From an uncultured virus (IMG/VR IMGVR_UViG_3300044630_006741) (taxonomy: Duplodnaviria; Heunggongvirae; Uroviricota; Caudoviricetes), in IMG/VR virus record IMGVR_UViG_3300044630_006741: 64,000 nucleotides of DNA. One strand, 5' to 3'. The notes under the pieces were generated by a model. It saw only the letters and a list, made by a program, of their open reading frames with translations, was not told the DNA's origin and ran no database searches. Positions 39,566 to 48,414 of this stretch are shown here, piece by piece (the first letter of the stretch is position 1; every line of letters starts with the position of its first letter). Made by a program: the position numbers and the translations under genes.

Positions 39566-39772
39566 ATGATAGAGGAATTCGAAGTAACGGAGGGCAACCT
39601 TAAAGCAGTAAAGGACACATCTGGCTTTGGGGGAAAGAACAAGTGGAAGCTGGAGATCCTGACACCAGGAGGACGCTGGAGATTAGTCCAGTGGATGAGC
39701 GTGGGCAACATCCAGGAGTTCTTCAAGGCCAATCTGCCCACCTACGAGGAGACAGACAGTTTCAGGAACTAA
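39566..39772 (+). CDS. hypothetical early protein
   Basis: ATG after promoter cassette. Confidence 0.65.
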   Translation: MIEEFEVTEGNLKAVKDTSGFGGKNKWKLEILTPGGRWRLVQWMSVGNIQEFFKANLPTYEETDSFRN

Positions 39773-39836
39773 ATGGGTAACCCTCAAGGGTTCCGGGGTA
39801 CCAGATCCTATATTTGCATCATAACCAATTAACACC

Positions 39837-40142
39837 ATGAGTATGTCAAGCACCACGACACTATTTGATCTAGAGCAACAGGCTGAAACAATCATGCAGA
39901 GCTTCGACTTTGAGAAGGTTCTGAAGCACATGCAAGACACCAACCATCAGTGGTACCAGGGAGGAGGTCGTATGGCGGTGCCAGACATCATGGACCTTAG
40001 GGTCACAGCCCGTGATCTACTCACCAAGGCGATCCATGACAAAAGCGTGGCTTCTAATGTGGGTACTGGTGGCTTTGTTGCCTACAAGTTGCCTTGGGGC
40101 ATGCAACTCACATTCCAAATAGCTTGGGTCTCGGCCTGCTGA
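39837..40142 (+). CDS. hypothetical early protein
   Basis: FDFEKV..M...W...TGGF motif; promoter cassette. Confidence 0.75.
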   Translation: MSMSSTTTLFDLEQQAETIMQSFDFEKVLKHMQDTNHQWYQGGGRMAVPDIMDLRVTARDLLTKAIHDKSVASNVGTGGFVAYKLPWGMQLTFQIAWVSAC

Positions 40143-40198
40143 GGTTCCGTGGAGTCCTGAAGTATATTAGCACTATCAAACAATTAAAACTTACCACC

Positions 40199-40432
40199 AT
40201 GAAGATTTATCTTTTAATCAAATGTTACGAGGATGGCGATAGCTATCAAACATTTAGCGATCTCAAGGAAGCAAAAGAAGTGTTCGAGGGGGAGAAGAAG
40301 AAGGCATGGTATCACACTCTGGCTCTTTGCGAGATCGGACCAAACCAAAGCTTTGGGTTCAACGACTATGGATTTTATGGGGAAGACGTCAATGTCATAG
40401 GGGAGTGGTCCAGAGATTATGGAGATGCGTAA
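40199..40432 (+). CDS. hypothetical early protein
   Basis: ATG after promoter cassette. Confidence 0.65.
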   Translation: MKIYLLIKCYEDGDSYQTFSDLKEAKEVFEGEKKKAWYHTLALCEIGPNQSFGFNDYGFYGEDVNVIGEWSRDYGDA

Positions 40433-40492
40433 CCTGCGGGGATTCCGAGTGATCTTGAAGTACATTTGTCTCAATCAATAAAACATAAGAGC

Positions 40493-40753
40493 ATGGCAGA
40501 AACAAAGCAAGGAGGTCTGGAACTCCTAAGACACCAGAAAGAAGAGGCCGTAGAGGTCCACACCTACACAATCAAGGATGAGGATGGTATTCTCGTCTAC
40601 AAGGAATGGGTCCAAGGCGGAGAAGTCATTGACTCCCTTCTGGAGGGCAAGCATGGAGACACCATCTTCGACGAGGTCCTCATCGAGAGAGTGCAGGAGT
40701 TCGTAGACAACAAGATACAGGAGGGAGCAATTAAACCCTCCTCCTGGTTCTAA
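40493..40753 (+). CDS. hypothetical early protein
   Basis: ATG after promoter cassette; stop codon lies inside the inverted-repeat copy. Confidence 0.65.
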   Translation: MAETKQGGLELLRHQKEEAVEVHTYTIKDEDGILVYKEWVQGGEVIDSLLEGKHGDTIFDEVLIERVQEFVDNKIQEGAIKPSSWF

Positions 40754-40855
40754 AGAGAGCTCGTTGGTTCTGCTCTCGTCTTTGCATAAGAATTTATCTT
40801 TCATAATATAAGGGTTATCTGGTTGTTAATGATAAGGGTCGAGATCTGGGTTAGG
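40738..40855 (-). repeat. 118-bp inverted copy of 44398..44515
   Basis: Reverse complement matches with 2 substitutions. Confidence 0.95.
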
Positions 40856-40920
40856 TATGATGTATAAAAAAGAGGCCGAGGTAACGGAAGTTCCTCGGCC
40901 TTCTCTATTACATTAGCGCC

Positions 40921-41466
40921 ATGGGATTAGATATAACAGCATTTTCAAAACTACAGGTCCTTACTCCAGAGGAGACTAAGGCAGCAGAAAGATCAGTTGG
41001 AGTACAGATAGACCTCGGAGAGAGCGTCTACCACTTCACACAGAGGGATATCAACAGTCCGGATAACTGGATCCGCGATATGGTACCCGGCACCTACTAT
41101 CAGTCGCCCAAGACGGAGGAGTATGACTTCAGAGCGGGCTCGTACAGCGGCTATAGTGCATACCGCAGAATGCTCTCGGAGTGTTTCTTAGGAGCTTTAC
41201 CGGAGGAGGTCTGGGGCAACCAGAGCATCTATAGAGGACAGCCTTTCTACGAGCAGGTTAACTTTTCAGACTGCGAGGGCTTTATCGGACCAGAGTTCTC
41301 AGCCAAGCTGGCCGAGGACTATGAGGAAGGCAGAGACCAGTGGTACGAGTACCTAAAGGAGTCAGGCGAGGGTGCTAATTGGGTAGAAGTCCATATGGCT
41401 AGATATGATAACTGGACCAAGGCTTTTAAGGTAGCCAGCGACGGTGGCTTTGTTTGGTTCCACTAA
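40921..41466 (+). CDS. conserved phage hypothetical protein
   Basis: MGLDI...FRAGSYSGY...FSDCEGFIGP. Confidence 0.75.
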   Translation: MGLDITAFSKLQVLTPEETKAAERSVGVQIDLGESVYHFTQRDINSPDNWIRDMVPGTYYQSPKTEEYDFRAGSYSGYSAYRRMLSECFLGALPEEVWGNQSIYRGQPFYEQVNFSDCEGFIGPEFSAKLAEDYEEGRDQWYEYLKESGEGANWVEVHMARYDNWTKAFKVASDGGFVWFH

Positions 41467-41539
41467 AGATTGGGAAGTTTAGGCTTCCCGTTTTTTTGCT
41501 GCGGGGATTAGAGATATATTAGCTAAACAACCAAACAAC

Positions 41540-42229
41540 ATGCAAGCAGGAACCTACACATTCGATGAACTCTCAGACCGCCTCAAGGAGGAGGCCATAG
41601 AGGCCAACAGAGATATCAACACCTATCATGACTGGCACGAAAACGTGATAGAGGAATTTCATCAGGACTTATCCAAGATGGGTGTTGAAGAAGTGGATGT
41701 GCAGTACTCGGGCTTCTATAGTCAGGGCGATGGAGCTTCCTTCACCGGTAAGGTGGTGGACACGAAGCTATTCCTAACCAAAACTTTGGGCATGACACAG
41801 TATTCGAACGAGGAGTTAGACGAGCTACCCGTAGCCGTGAAAGAGAAAGTAAGAGAGTTCATCGACTCACTAACTATTGCCTTCAATAGAAAGTACGGCA
41901 GCAGATACAGCCACGAGGGAACTTGTCAGGCAGACACTTGGTGCGAGATCCTCCATAACGCAGGCTACGATGAGGAATACCCGGACGGTAAGATCCACTT
42001 CACAAATAGAGTGTTAACTGGAGACCCTATAGTCTTTATGGACCTAGATCACGAGGTGGAAAAGATCGACGGGGCAGCAGAGGAGTGGAGATCGAATCAG
42101 TGCCGAGAACTCTATGACTCCTTAGAGAATGAATACGACTCACTTCAGTCAGACGAGGCTATAGCTGAAACACTAGAGTCGAACGGGACGGAATTTGAAG
42201 TAGACGAAGACGGAGAATTAGTTACATAA
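41540..42229 (+). CDS. acidic phage protein with YSGFYSQGDGASF motif
   Basis: YTFDELS..A, YSGFYSQGDGASF, LENEYD...SDEAI; function not assigned. Confidence 0.7.
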   Translation: MQAGTYTFDELSDRLKEEAIEANRDINTYHDWHENVIEEFHQDLSKMGVEEVDVQYSGFYSQGDGASFTGKVVDTKLFLTKTLGMTQYSNEELDELPVAVKEKVREFIDSLTIAFNRKYGSRYSHEGTCQADTWCEILHNAGYDEEYPDGKIHFTNRVLTGDPIVFMDLDHEVEKIDGAAEEWRSNQCRELYDSLENEYDSLQSDEAIAETLESNGTEFEVDEDGELVT

Positions 42230-42290
42230 ACTTCTTTTTTATAACGGAGATAACAATTAATCTAGCAGAAACAAACAAAGGAACAAAGAG

Positions 42291-42545
42291 ATGAACAAGG
42301 GAAAGAACAACCAGGGCACAGTCACACTCAATGAGGAGACACCCCGCAGCATCGAGCAATTGGTAGACGACTTCTTCACTTCAGGCAAGAAGGTAAGTGA
42401 ATTCGAAAAGGAACTAGGACAGCGAGAGCGTATCATATGGAACGCCAAGAAGGATGAATTCTTATTGGATGAATTCGAAGAATCACCAACCTCATTTGAT
42501 GACGACGAAGAGGAGGATTTCTTAGACGATAGAATTGGCTACTAG
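42291..42545 (+). CDS. acidic hypothetical protein
   Basis: ORF. Confidence 0.6.
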   Translation: MNKGKNNQGTVTLNEETPRSIEQLVDDFFTSGKKVSEFEKELGQRERIIWNAKKDEFLLDEFEESPTSFDDDEEEDFLDDRIGY

Positions 42546-42582
42546 GTCGAAAGAAAAACACCGATCTGCACTATAATAAGAT

Positions 42583-42804
42583 ATGGCAGCAATCAAATGC
42601 ATTTGTAAAACAGATTCAAAACAGAATCATGACGAGGTAAAGAGAAAGATCTATTTTGCCGGAGGTGCTATCACCAGAGAGAAGGTGCACGAAATGTCAA
42701 AAAGCTTCTCCGGCGAATTAGAGTTCGTCTCCGAGGGTGGAACCCTATTCAGGGAATTAAAAGACTCCCCCTTAGTCACGATCATTAATATTGTAAATTT
42801 ATGA
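42583..42804 (+). CDS. hypothetical protein
   Basis: ORF with ATGA overlap to the next gene. Confidence 0.6.
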   Translation: MAAIKCICKTDSKQNHDEVKRKIYFAGGAITREKVHEMSKSFSGELEFVSEGGTLFRELKDSPLVTIINIVNL

Positions 42805-43109
42805 GCGAGAATTTCGAAACAGAAGGTCCAGACGTTGAGGTTATCCTAGAGAAATTCAGAAAGGAGGCTATCCAGAAATTTGTAGAAGCATGCTATGAAG
42901 CATACGAACTTATTAAAACTAGCGGAGTTGATGCGGAAGAGTTTGAAGATAGAGAGGAGATCCGCAAGGCACTTCGCAAGATGCTAGCCCTATTTGAATC
43001 CAGAGAGGAGTACGAGAAGTGCAAGGAGGTGGCTTGGGTGTTAGAGAGTGAGTATCCTGGATTCGAGACAACTCCGGATTACAACTATATTCAAGAGATG
43101 GGCTTATGA
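42801..43109 (+). CDS. hypothetical protein with UVR-like FESREEYEKC motif
   Basis: ORF and motif. Confidence 0.65.
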   Translation: MSENFETEGPDVEVILEKFRKEAIQKFVEACYEAYELIKTSGVDAEEFEDREEIRKALRKMLALFESREEYEKCKEVAWVLESEYPGFETTPDYNYIQEMGL

Positions 43110-43291
43110 CCTCTAGGAAACAGAAAACATCTGAAGGAACCAAAAGCATCGCAGAACTCCGGAGGGAGAATGGATGCAAGAACATGAACTGCAGAGAGTG
43201 CTCGGAGTCAGTGGAAAACGTTGACTACCGGGCAACCTCGGTGCTCTGTTACAAATGTCTAAGCAAATCACTTAATAGAGGAAGAGGATAA
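43106..43291 (+). CDS. small CxxC..CxxC zinc-ribbon protein
   Basis: CREC...CYKC. Confidence 0.5.
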   Translation: MTSRKQKTSEGTKSIAELRRENGCKNMNCRECSESVENVDYRATSVLCYKCLSKSLNRGRG

Positions 43292-43298
43292 ATACTAT

Positions 43299-43511
43299 AT
43301 GCAACAAGATCCTAAGACAAGACAGATATTAGAAAGTGTCTACATCCCAAAGGTGCAGGCCACGGCCAGAAGAGCTTACCTACAGGCTACTGCTCTCATT
43401 AGGGAGCTAGACAGTGCCAAGCTTAACCCTGAGGACTCCTTAGAGATAAAGATGCATATAATAAACATGCTCTCGCTCATCCGAACGACAGAGCCTCAAA
43501 AAAACCAATAA
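43299..43511 (+). CDS. hypothetical protein
   Basis: ORF in packed operon. Confidence 0.6.
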   Translation: MQQDPKTRQILESVYIPKVQATARRAYLQATALIRELDSAKLNPEDSLEIKMHIINMLSLIRTTEPQKNQ

Positions 43512-43515
43512 CCCC

Positions 43516-43722
43516 ATGGCACAGGAAACCAACGACCTAATTCAAAACATCATAGCTGATTACTACCGTCAGAACGGCGGTCTCTTTGGTGAAAAAGATC
43601 TACCAGCTATCCAAAGAGAGCTTAAGCTCATGCACAATATAGACATATCAGATAGAGGACTTGACGCTAGGATTAAAGACTATATGGGTTCACTTTTTTC
43701 CGGAAGAGGAGGAAGAGCATAA
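43516..43722 (+). CDS. hypothetical protein
   Basis: ORF in packed operon. Confidence 0.6.
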   Translation: MAQETNDLIQNIIADYYRQNGGLFGEKDLPAIQRELKLMHNIDISDRGLDARIKDYMGSLFSGRGGRA

Positions 43723-44048
43723 TGACCTATAGAGAGAGATTCGAGGCCTGGTGGTCAGAGTGGAGCTACTTCAAGAAGAAGGAGCTAGCGATCTGGAGAG
43801 AGACGAAGAGAAGAGGTGGACCAGAGCTTAGGATCATGAAGAGGAAGGCGAGGCAGGAGGAGATTAAGGAGCTGAAGGAAGCTTTATACTCTGATCTTGA
43901 AAAAGGATGGATGACAGGAGATTTCAGAATGGAGATAGAGCATGTTGATGCTCTAAGAGAAGGCTTCGCAAAGATTCCGCTGGAAGACCTGGAAAAAATT
44001 TACCTGTATTACAGGAGCATGCAGAACGAAACTATTAGTCGATTCTAG
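43722..44048 (+). CDS. hypothetical protein
   Basis: TAATG overlap. Confidence 0.6.
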   Translation: MTYRERFEAWWSEWSYFKKKELAIWRETKRRGGPELRIMKRKARQEEIKELKEALYSDLEKGWMTGDFRMEIEHVDALREGFAKIPLEDLEKIYLYYRSMQNETISRF

Positions 44049-44082
44049 TTTTCTCTGCGGAAAAATAAAGTATATTTGAATC

Positions 44083-44427
44083 ATGAAATTCATAGGAATA
44101 GCAGATTGCCACGGATTAGAAAGTTTCTTTCCGGCCAGAAAGTTTAATCTCGAAACTCAGAGTTTCGACGAGAACAACGAGATCATTGGATTTATGGTTC
44201 TAAGAGCCAATGCCAATGCCCACAGAAGAGCACTTGTGTTCAGAGTGGAACTAGGTAAAGAGGAAGGACTTGAGGTCATGGAAATGTTCGAGGATGGCGA
44301 ATACCTAGAGGCACTGAACCTACTAAAGCAGTACGCCACTAAGGTGGAGGTAGCAGGAGGTCAAGGCATGAACAGACAGAAGGCCTGGGACAGCATTCCT
44401 AACCCAGATCTCGACCCTTATCGTTAA
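44083..44427 (+). CDS. hypothetical protein
   Basis: GIADCHGLESF...W..IPNPDLDPY; TATATTTG at 44071. Confidence 0.75.
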   Translation: MKFIGIADCHGLESFFPARKFNLETQSFDENNEIIGFMVLRANANAHRRALVFRVELGKEEGLEVMEMFEDGEYLEALNLLKQYATKVEVAGGQGMNRQKAWDSIPNPDLDPYR

Positions 44428-44448
44428 CAACCAGATAACCCTTATATT

Positions 44449-44727
44449 ATGAAAGATAAATTCTTATGCAATGACGAGAGCAGAACCAACGAGCTCTCTT
44501 TAGAACCAGGAGGAGTAACCCTCACGGTAACCACGAGAGACGGCAAGACCGTATCTTATGACAAGATCAAGAATCACTGGGCTTACGCCAAGAAGGTGCT
44601 AAGAGTCCAGGGAGACGATGTGGTTAGCATCATGCTGGGGACCACAGACCTAACCAAAACCCTTAGGGAAGGTCCACCTAAAAATGATCCTCCCAAGAAC
44701 GAGGAAGGAGATAAACTTCCATTTTAA
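44449..44727 (+). CDS. hypothetical protein with SSB-like acidic DxLPF tail
   Basis: Ends EEGDKLPF. Confidence 0.7.
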   Translation: MKDKFLCNDESRTNELSLEPGGVTLTVTTRDGKTVSYDKIKNHWAYAKKVLRVQGDDVVSIMLGTTDLTKTLREGPPKNDPPKNEEGDKLPF

Positions 44728-44801
44728 CCAAAATCAAACTAACCCGGAACTTTCCGGGTTTTTTGCGGTATAATGTTTATATAAACTTAATCCCAAGAGA
44801 A

Positions 44802-45053
44802 ATGATGAGAAATCAAAAAAACAGACCAGCCTCCTACAAGAGGATGAGCTACATGCAAAAGATTGCTAGCATTAACGCAAGACGCAGAATGGGTGATGTG
44901 ACCATCGTGGCACAACGCACTGGATTCGGCACTAGCACAGTTAGCGAAGTGCTTTCTGGCATGTACATGAACAAAAGAATCATTAACAAAGCCTATGATA
45001 TGTCCAGAGGACGTAAGGTTAACCAAAGAGTGATTCAGTCCATGGGCAACTAA
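44802..45053 (+). CDS. basic HTH-like protein
   Basis: DVTIVAQRTGFGTSTVSEVLSG helix-turn-helix pattern. Confidence 0.6.
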   Translation: MMRNQKNRPASYKRMSYMQKIASINARRRMGDVTIVAQRTGFGTSTVSEVLSGMYMNKRIINKAYDMSRGRKVNQRVIQSMGN

Positions 45054-45077
45054 GAGTTAAGATCTAATTCTTAAGAG

Positions 45078-45100
45078 AAGCCGGTTTTTCCGGCTTTTTT
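45078..45100 (+). terminator. intrinsic terminator
   Basis: AAGCCGG-TTTTT-CCGGCTT followed by T-tract. Confidence 0.7.
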
Positions 45101-45124
45101 GTTGCGGAAAAAATAGATACATTT

Positions 45125-45319
45125 ATGGTAATGAAAGAGACATTGAGACCAAGCAAATTCACACAGGCCGAGGATAAATGGGGTTTAGATCTAGTTGCCT
45201 CTGTCTTCAAGGAGGCCAACAATAGGGGTAAGGCTAAAGCCTTCGTATTCTTTGAAGAGTGTGAGAACTATAGAGCTCTAGATTGTCTCAGATTCCTTTT
45301 CGGGTATTCCCGTTACTGA
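45125..45319 (+). CDS. hypothetical protein
   Basis: 64-aa ORF. Confidence 0.5.
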   Translation: MVMKETLRPSKFTQAEDKWGLDLVASVFKEANNRGKAKAFVFFEECENYRALDCLRFLFGYSRY

Positions 45320-45501
45320 TTCGCTCTCTTCTTCAAGAGGAAGTATAACCCAAAAAAGCAAACCGATATGCCATAGAAGATTGCGTCTGTGACGAAGTAG
45401 GAACCTGTCCATTTTGTCACAAGAGCAAAGGCGGCATCGAACCCCAGGGGATTGAAGAATGTTGCAAGAATCAGGCTTATTGTAGCTGCTCTGTTTTTCA
45501 C
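45313..45501 (-). CDS. small two-helix membrane protein
   Basis: LATFFNPLGFDA..F..V...TGSY...IFY..S..FFGLY; start uncertain (GTG). Confidence 0.55.
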   Translation of the reverse strand: MKNRAATISLILATFFNPLGFDAAFALVTKWTGSYFVTDAIFYGISVCFFGLYFLLKKRANQ

Positions 45502-45700
45502 TATCGGGGTCTGCGTCCATAAATGGATTTTTTTAGAGAAATTCTCAGAAAGTCTGAAATTTCTTGAAAACTTTGCTTTCGATTTATATATAACTTCCGT
45601 GATTAAAAATCGGCTATCTTCAGTCTCTCTACGTGGATTTGCCTGATATTAGCGAATGTCAAACAGGACACACTGATCTTTGACATACTGGAAAAAACAT

Positions 45701-45774
45701 GCCTCCGTAGCTCAGCTGGATAGAGCAACGCACTTCTAATGCGTAGGTCACACGTTCGAATCGTGTCGGGGGTA
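45701..45774 (+). tRNA. tRNA-Arg(TCT)
   Basis: Cloverleaf; loop CTTCTAA; GTTCGAATC T-loop. Confidence 0.9.
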
Positions 45775-45779
45775 CAATC

Positions 45780-45861
45780 GGGAGATTCGCATAGCGGCAA
45801 TTGCAAGGGACTGTAAATCCCTCGCCTTCGGGCTTCAGTGGTTCGAGTCCACTATCTCCCA
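45780..45861 (+). tRNA. tRNA-Tyr(GTA)
   Basis: GGGAGAT/ATCTCCC stem; loop CTGTAAA; long variable arm. Confidence 0.9.
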
Positions 45862-45915
45862 CTATATTTATGTGTTAACTCTTAAGACCTGAATTCAATA
45901 TCGGATATATAAATT

Positions 45916-46458
45916 ATGGAAACATTTATCTACACTCTATCCGACTCATCAGGTATTAAATATGTCGGGAAATCAAACGATCCACTGGATCGCCTAAAAA
46001 GCCATCTGAAAGACTGCAAGAAAAAAAGAACGCGGAAAGAAAGATGGATACACGGAATGCTGGAAAGAAAAGAATTACCTGTCGTAGAGATTATAGATTA
46101 TGTTCCAAATAACATGTGGTCTTTTTATGAATCATACTGGATCAGTCAATTGAAAGCATGGGGATTCGATCTTGTTAATGGGACTGAAGGTGGAGAGGGA
46201 AGCAACGGATTTAAGGGTAAAACACACACCAAAGAAACTATAGAGAAATGCAGATCAGCTAGGTACAAAAGGGAATCAGAGACAAACTTAACTGGTTCAA
46301 ATAATGGAAACAGCAAGCTCGATGAATCTAAGGTTATTGAGATTAAAAAAATGTTAGAGCAAAAAATCAGTCATACAAAAATAGCTAGCATTTTCAACGT
46401 TTCAAAGGTAACGATAACACATATCTCAACGGGTAAAAAATGGAAGCATGTAAAATAA
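45916..46458 (+). CDS. free-standing GIY-YIG homing endonuclease
   Basis: FIYTL..IKYVGKS...RL..H; E.YWI; N.TEGGEG; NUMOD-like GKTHTKET; C-terminal HTH. Confidence 0.85.
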   Translation: METFIYTLSDSSGIKYVGKSNDPLDRLKSHLKDCKKKRTRKERWIHGMLERKELPVVEIIDYVPNNMWSFYESYWISQLKAWGFDLVNGTEGGEGSNGFKGKTHTKETIEKCRSARYKRESETNLTGSNNGNSKLDESKVIEIKKMLEQKISHTKIASIFNVSKVTITHISTGKKWKHVK

Positions 46459-46463
46459 TATAT

Positions 46464-46537
46464 TGTGGGTTGGAGAAGATGGCCATCTCGCGAGCCTCAT
46501 AAGCTCGAGGTCGGGGGTTCGAATCCCTCACCCGCTA
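46464..46537 (+). tRNA. tRNA-Met(CAT), initiator-like
   Basis: Loop CTCATAA; unpaired 1:72 position. Confidence 0.8.
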
Positions 46538-46543
46538 CTAAAT

Positions 46544-46661
46544 AGTCAGGTGGCAAATTGGTAAAGCGCCTCAGGCATGGGGAGATACGGTTCGAATCCG
46601 TTGTTAGGAGGCATCCGAAGCAAGTATGGTACTATTGCAGGTTCGATCCCTGCCCTGGCTA
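46544..46661 (+). ncRNA. tRNA-scaffold RNA 1
   Basis: AGTCAGG/CCTGGCT acceptor stem, D-like arm and T-arm; expanded middle with a second TTCGAAT hairpin. Confidence 0.65.
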
Positions 46662-46740
46662 CTAAAAAACATTTGAAACCCTTCGGGGTTATCACGAGAA
46701 GAAAATCTATATTTGCATCATAACCAATAAATCAATAGAT

Positions 46741-46989
46741 ATGGAAAATGAAGTAACAAAAGTATTCTCTGATATGACCGACTTAGAATTAGCTCAAGCG
46801 GTTAGAGAAATGAAAGAAGATGGACCACAAGGATTTGTCCGTACAGAAGGCGTTGTTAGAGAACGATGCAAAATGGTTAACGAGATAGTTGGTGGTAATG
46901 TTTATGCCCACTTGATGATGACTCAGATGTCTATCTACAAGGAAGCGGCAGAGCGTTTCACTCCAAACTTGGATCTCTTAAATAAATAG
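46741..46989 (+). CDS. hypothetical early protein
   Basis: Promoter cassette at 46678-46727. Confidence 0.7.
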   Translation: MENEVTKVFSDMTDLELAQAVREMKEDGPQGFVRTEGVVRERCKMVNEIVGGNVYAHLMMTQMSIYKEAAERFTPNLDLLNK

Positions 46990-46995
46990 TAACAT

Positions 46996-47151
46996 AGTCA
47001 GGTGGCGGAATTGGTAGACGCTGTACTAAGAAAAAACCGATACTACAAGAGTTGAAAGGTTTGAAACCTTTAGCGATGACGGTAGATTGACAGAAAATGT
47101 CATTCAGGAAGGCTTCAAGTACATATACAGGTTCGAATCCTGTCCTGATTA
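46996..47151 (+). ncRNA. tRNA-scaffold RNA 2
   Basis: AGTCAGGTGGCGGAATTGGTAGACGC...ACAGGTTCGAATCCTGTCCTGATTA with ~100-nt middle closed by TGTACT/AGTACA. Confidence 0.7.
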
Positions 47152-47206
47152 CTAAAGTACACATCACGCTACACATAAGAACAGCGTCCCGGGGTGTGTC
47201 TTTTGC

Positions 47207-47328
47207 GTGTTGTTCCCTTGAGAAAGGAATTAGTAATTATAGATGCTGACCTCTCAAATAGAGAGTTAAGTATGAGGGTGATGATCATCTATAGTTAATG
47301 ACTCTACAACACAGAGGTTCTCAACCTC
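47207..47328 (+). ncRNA. structured RNA with complementary hairpin loops
   Basis: GTGTTGT/ACAACAC and AATTATAGATG/CATCTATAGTT stems; loops TTGAGAA and TTCTCAA. Confidence 0.55.
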
Positions 47329-47333
47329 AAATT

Positions 47334-47408
47334 GCGCCTGTAGCTCAGCTGGTCAGTAGCAACGGTCTCATAAACCGTAGGTCCTTGGTTCGAACCCAAG
47401 CAGGCGCA
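47334..47408 (+). tRNA. tRNA with CAT anticodon (Met or Ile2)
   Basis: GCGCCTG/CAGGCGC stem; loop CTCATAA. Confidence 0.85.
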
Positions 47409-47412
47409 CTAT

Positions 47413-47490
47413 GCCCCTTTGGCGGAATTGGTAGACGCGCTACTTTTAGGCAGTAGTCTTCGGGTGTAGGTTCGAGTCCTACAGGGGGTA
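47413..47490 (+). tRNA. tRNA-Leu(TAG)
   Basis: GGCGGAATTGGTAGACGC D-arm; CTACT-TTTAGGC-AGTAG anticodon arm. Confidence 0.85.
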
Positions 47491-47510
47491 CAAGTCTCAG
47501 CCTTTTTTAT

Positions 47511-47598
47511 GGAGATGTGTCCGAGTGGTTGAAGGAGCACGCCTGGAAAGTGTGTATACCTCAAAAGGGTATCGGGAGTTCGAATCTCTCCATCTCCG
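47511..47598 (+). tRNA. tRNA-Ser(GGA)
   Basis: GGAGATG/CATCTCC stem; loop CTGGAAA; long variable arm; G73. Confidence 0.9.
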
Positions 47599-47677
47599 CT
47601 ATTTTTTCCAGTATCAACAGAGTCTCTCAGAGGATCAGCCTTATATTTGCCTCATAACAAATAAACAACCAATCGTT

Positions 47678-47887
47678 ATGTCAGGCAACAAATTACCAAA
47701 AGAATCAAGAGAGGTTAAACCCCGTTACGCTGTAGACAAGTATGGCTTATTAGTAAACTTATCAATGAACGAGACTGATGAGTTGGTAGTGAGACGTCTT
47801 TTGAACTCAATAAACAATAAGGACCAGAACAATCCAACTAGCTGGCCTAAGACACCCAACGGAATGCCTTGGTGTGAGTCCTGCTAA
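47678..47887 (+). CDS. hypothetical early protein
   Basis: ATG after TATATTTG at 47642. Confidence 0.6.
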   Translation: MSGNKLPKESREVKPRYAVDKYGLLVNLSMNETDELVVRRLLNSINNKDQNNPTSWPKTPNGMPWCESC

Positions 47888-47948
47888 AAATCTGGAACTT
47901 CTTCGGAACTTCCACGTAGAATATTCATAACTTAGCAAAAAATAAATT

Positions 47949-48275
47949 ATGCCTTATATCACAGTAGAAGAAGACGTTGATATCGAAGATATCCTATCAG
48001 ATTGCTCGACCCTTGAGCTTAAAGCAGCAGCACAGTATATAGTCAGAGAAGCAGCAGAGAACGATAGCGTCAGAGAAGCTATGGTTAGCGAGATGCTTGA
48101 GCACACTGACTCTTTCGGAAGAGATCTTGTAAAGAACTTTGGAAAGGGTAGCAGCACCTACTCACCTCTAGAGCAGGAACACATTGAGAAAATGGAGCTG
48201 CTAGCATCTAAGTTCTATAGTCTGAGTCCGGAGGACGAAAAGGCTCTAGAGGAGATCTATCAAAAGTACCGCTAA
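47949..48275 (+). CDS. hypothetical protein
   Basis: ORF. Confidence 0.7.
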   Translation: MPYITVEEDVDIEDILSDCSTLELKAAAQYIVREAAENDSVREAMVSEMLEHTDSFGRDLVKNFGKGSSTYSPLEQEHIEKMELLASKFYSLSPEDEKALEEIYQKYR

Positions 48276-48335
48276 GAAGCTGAAGAAATAAGGTTGGTTG
48301 GTTGTTCAAAGTCCCTTCCCCAACCTGGGAGGGCG

Positions 48336-48369
48336 AAGGCCTAGATTCGAAAGAGTCTAGGCCTTTTTT
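48336..48369 (+). terminator. intrinsic terminator
   Basis: AGGCCTAGATTC-GAAA-GAGTCTAGGCCT followed by T-tract. Confidence 0.85.
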
Positions 48370-48414
48370 ATTGACCTTCGTTTTCTCCCCGTGGTTATGT
48401 ATTACTCTTGAGGT

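Noticed and set aside
46996..47151. tmRNA or group I intron-containing tRNA
   Set aside because: Too short, no G3:U70 alanine identity, no tag ORF or intron core recognised; the same ends occur on three other elements.
47525..47677. N-terminal extension of ORF 47525..47887 and minus-strand ORFs over 45603-45862 and 46958-47176
   Set aside because: They overlap tRNA or tRNA-like genes; the real start follows the promoter at 47642.
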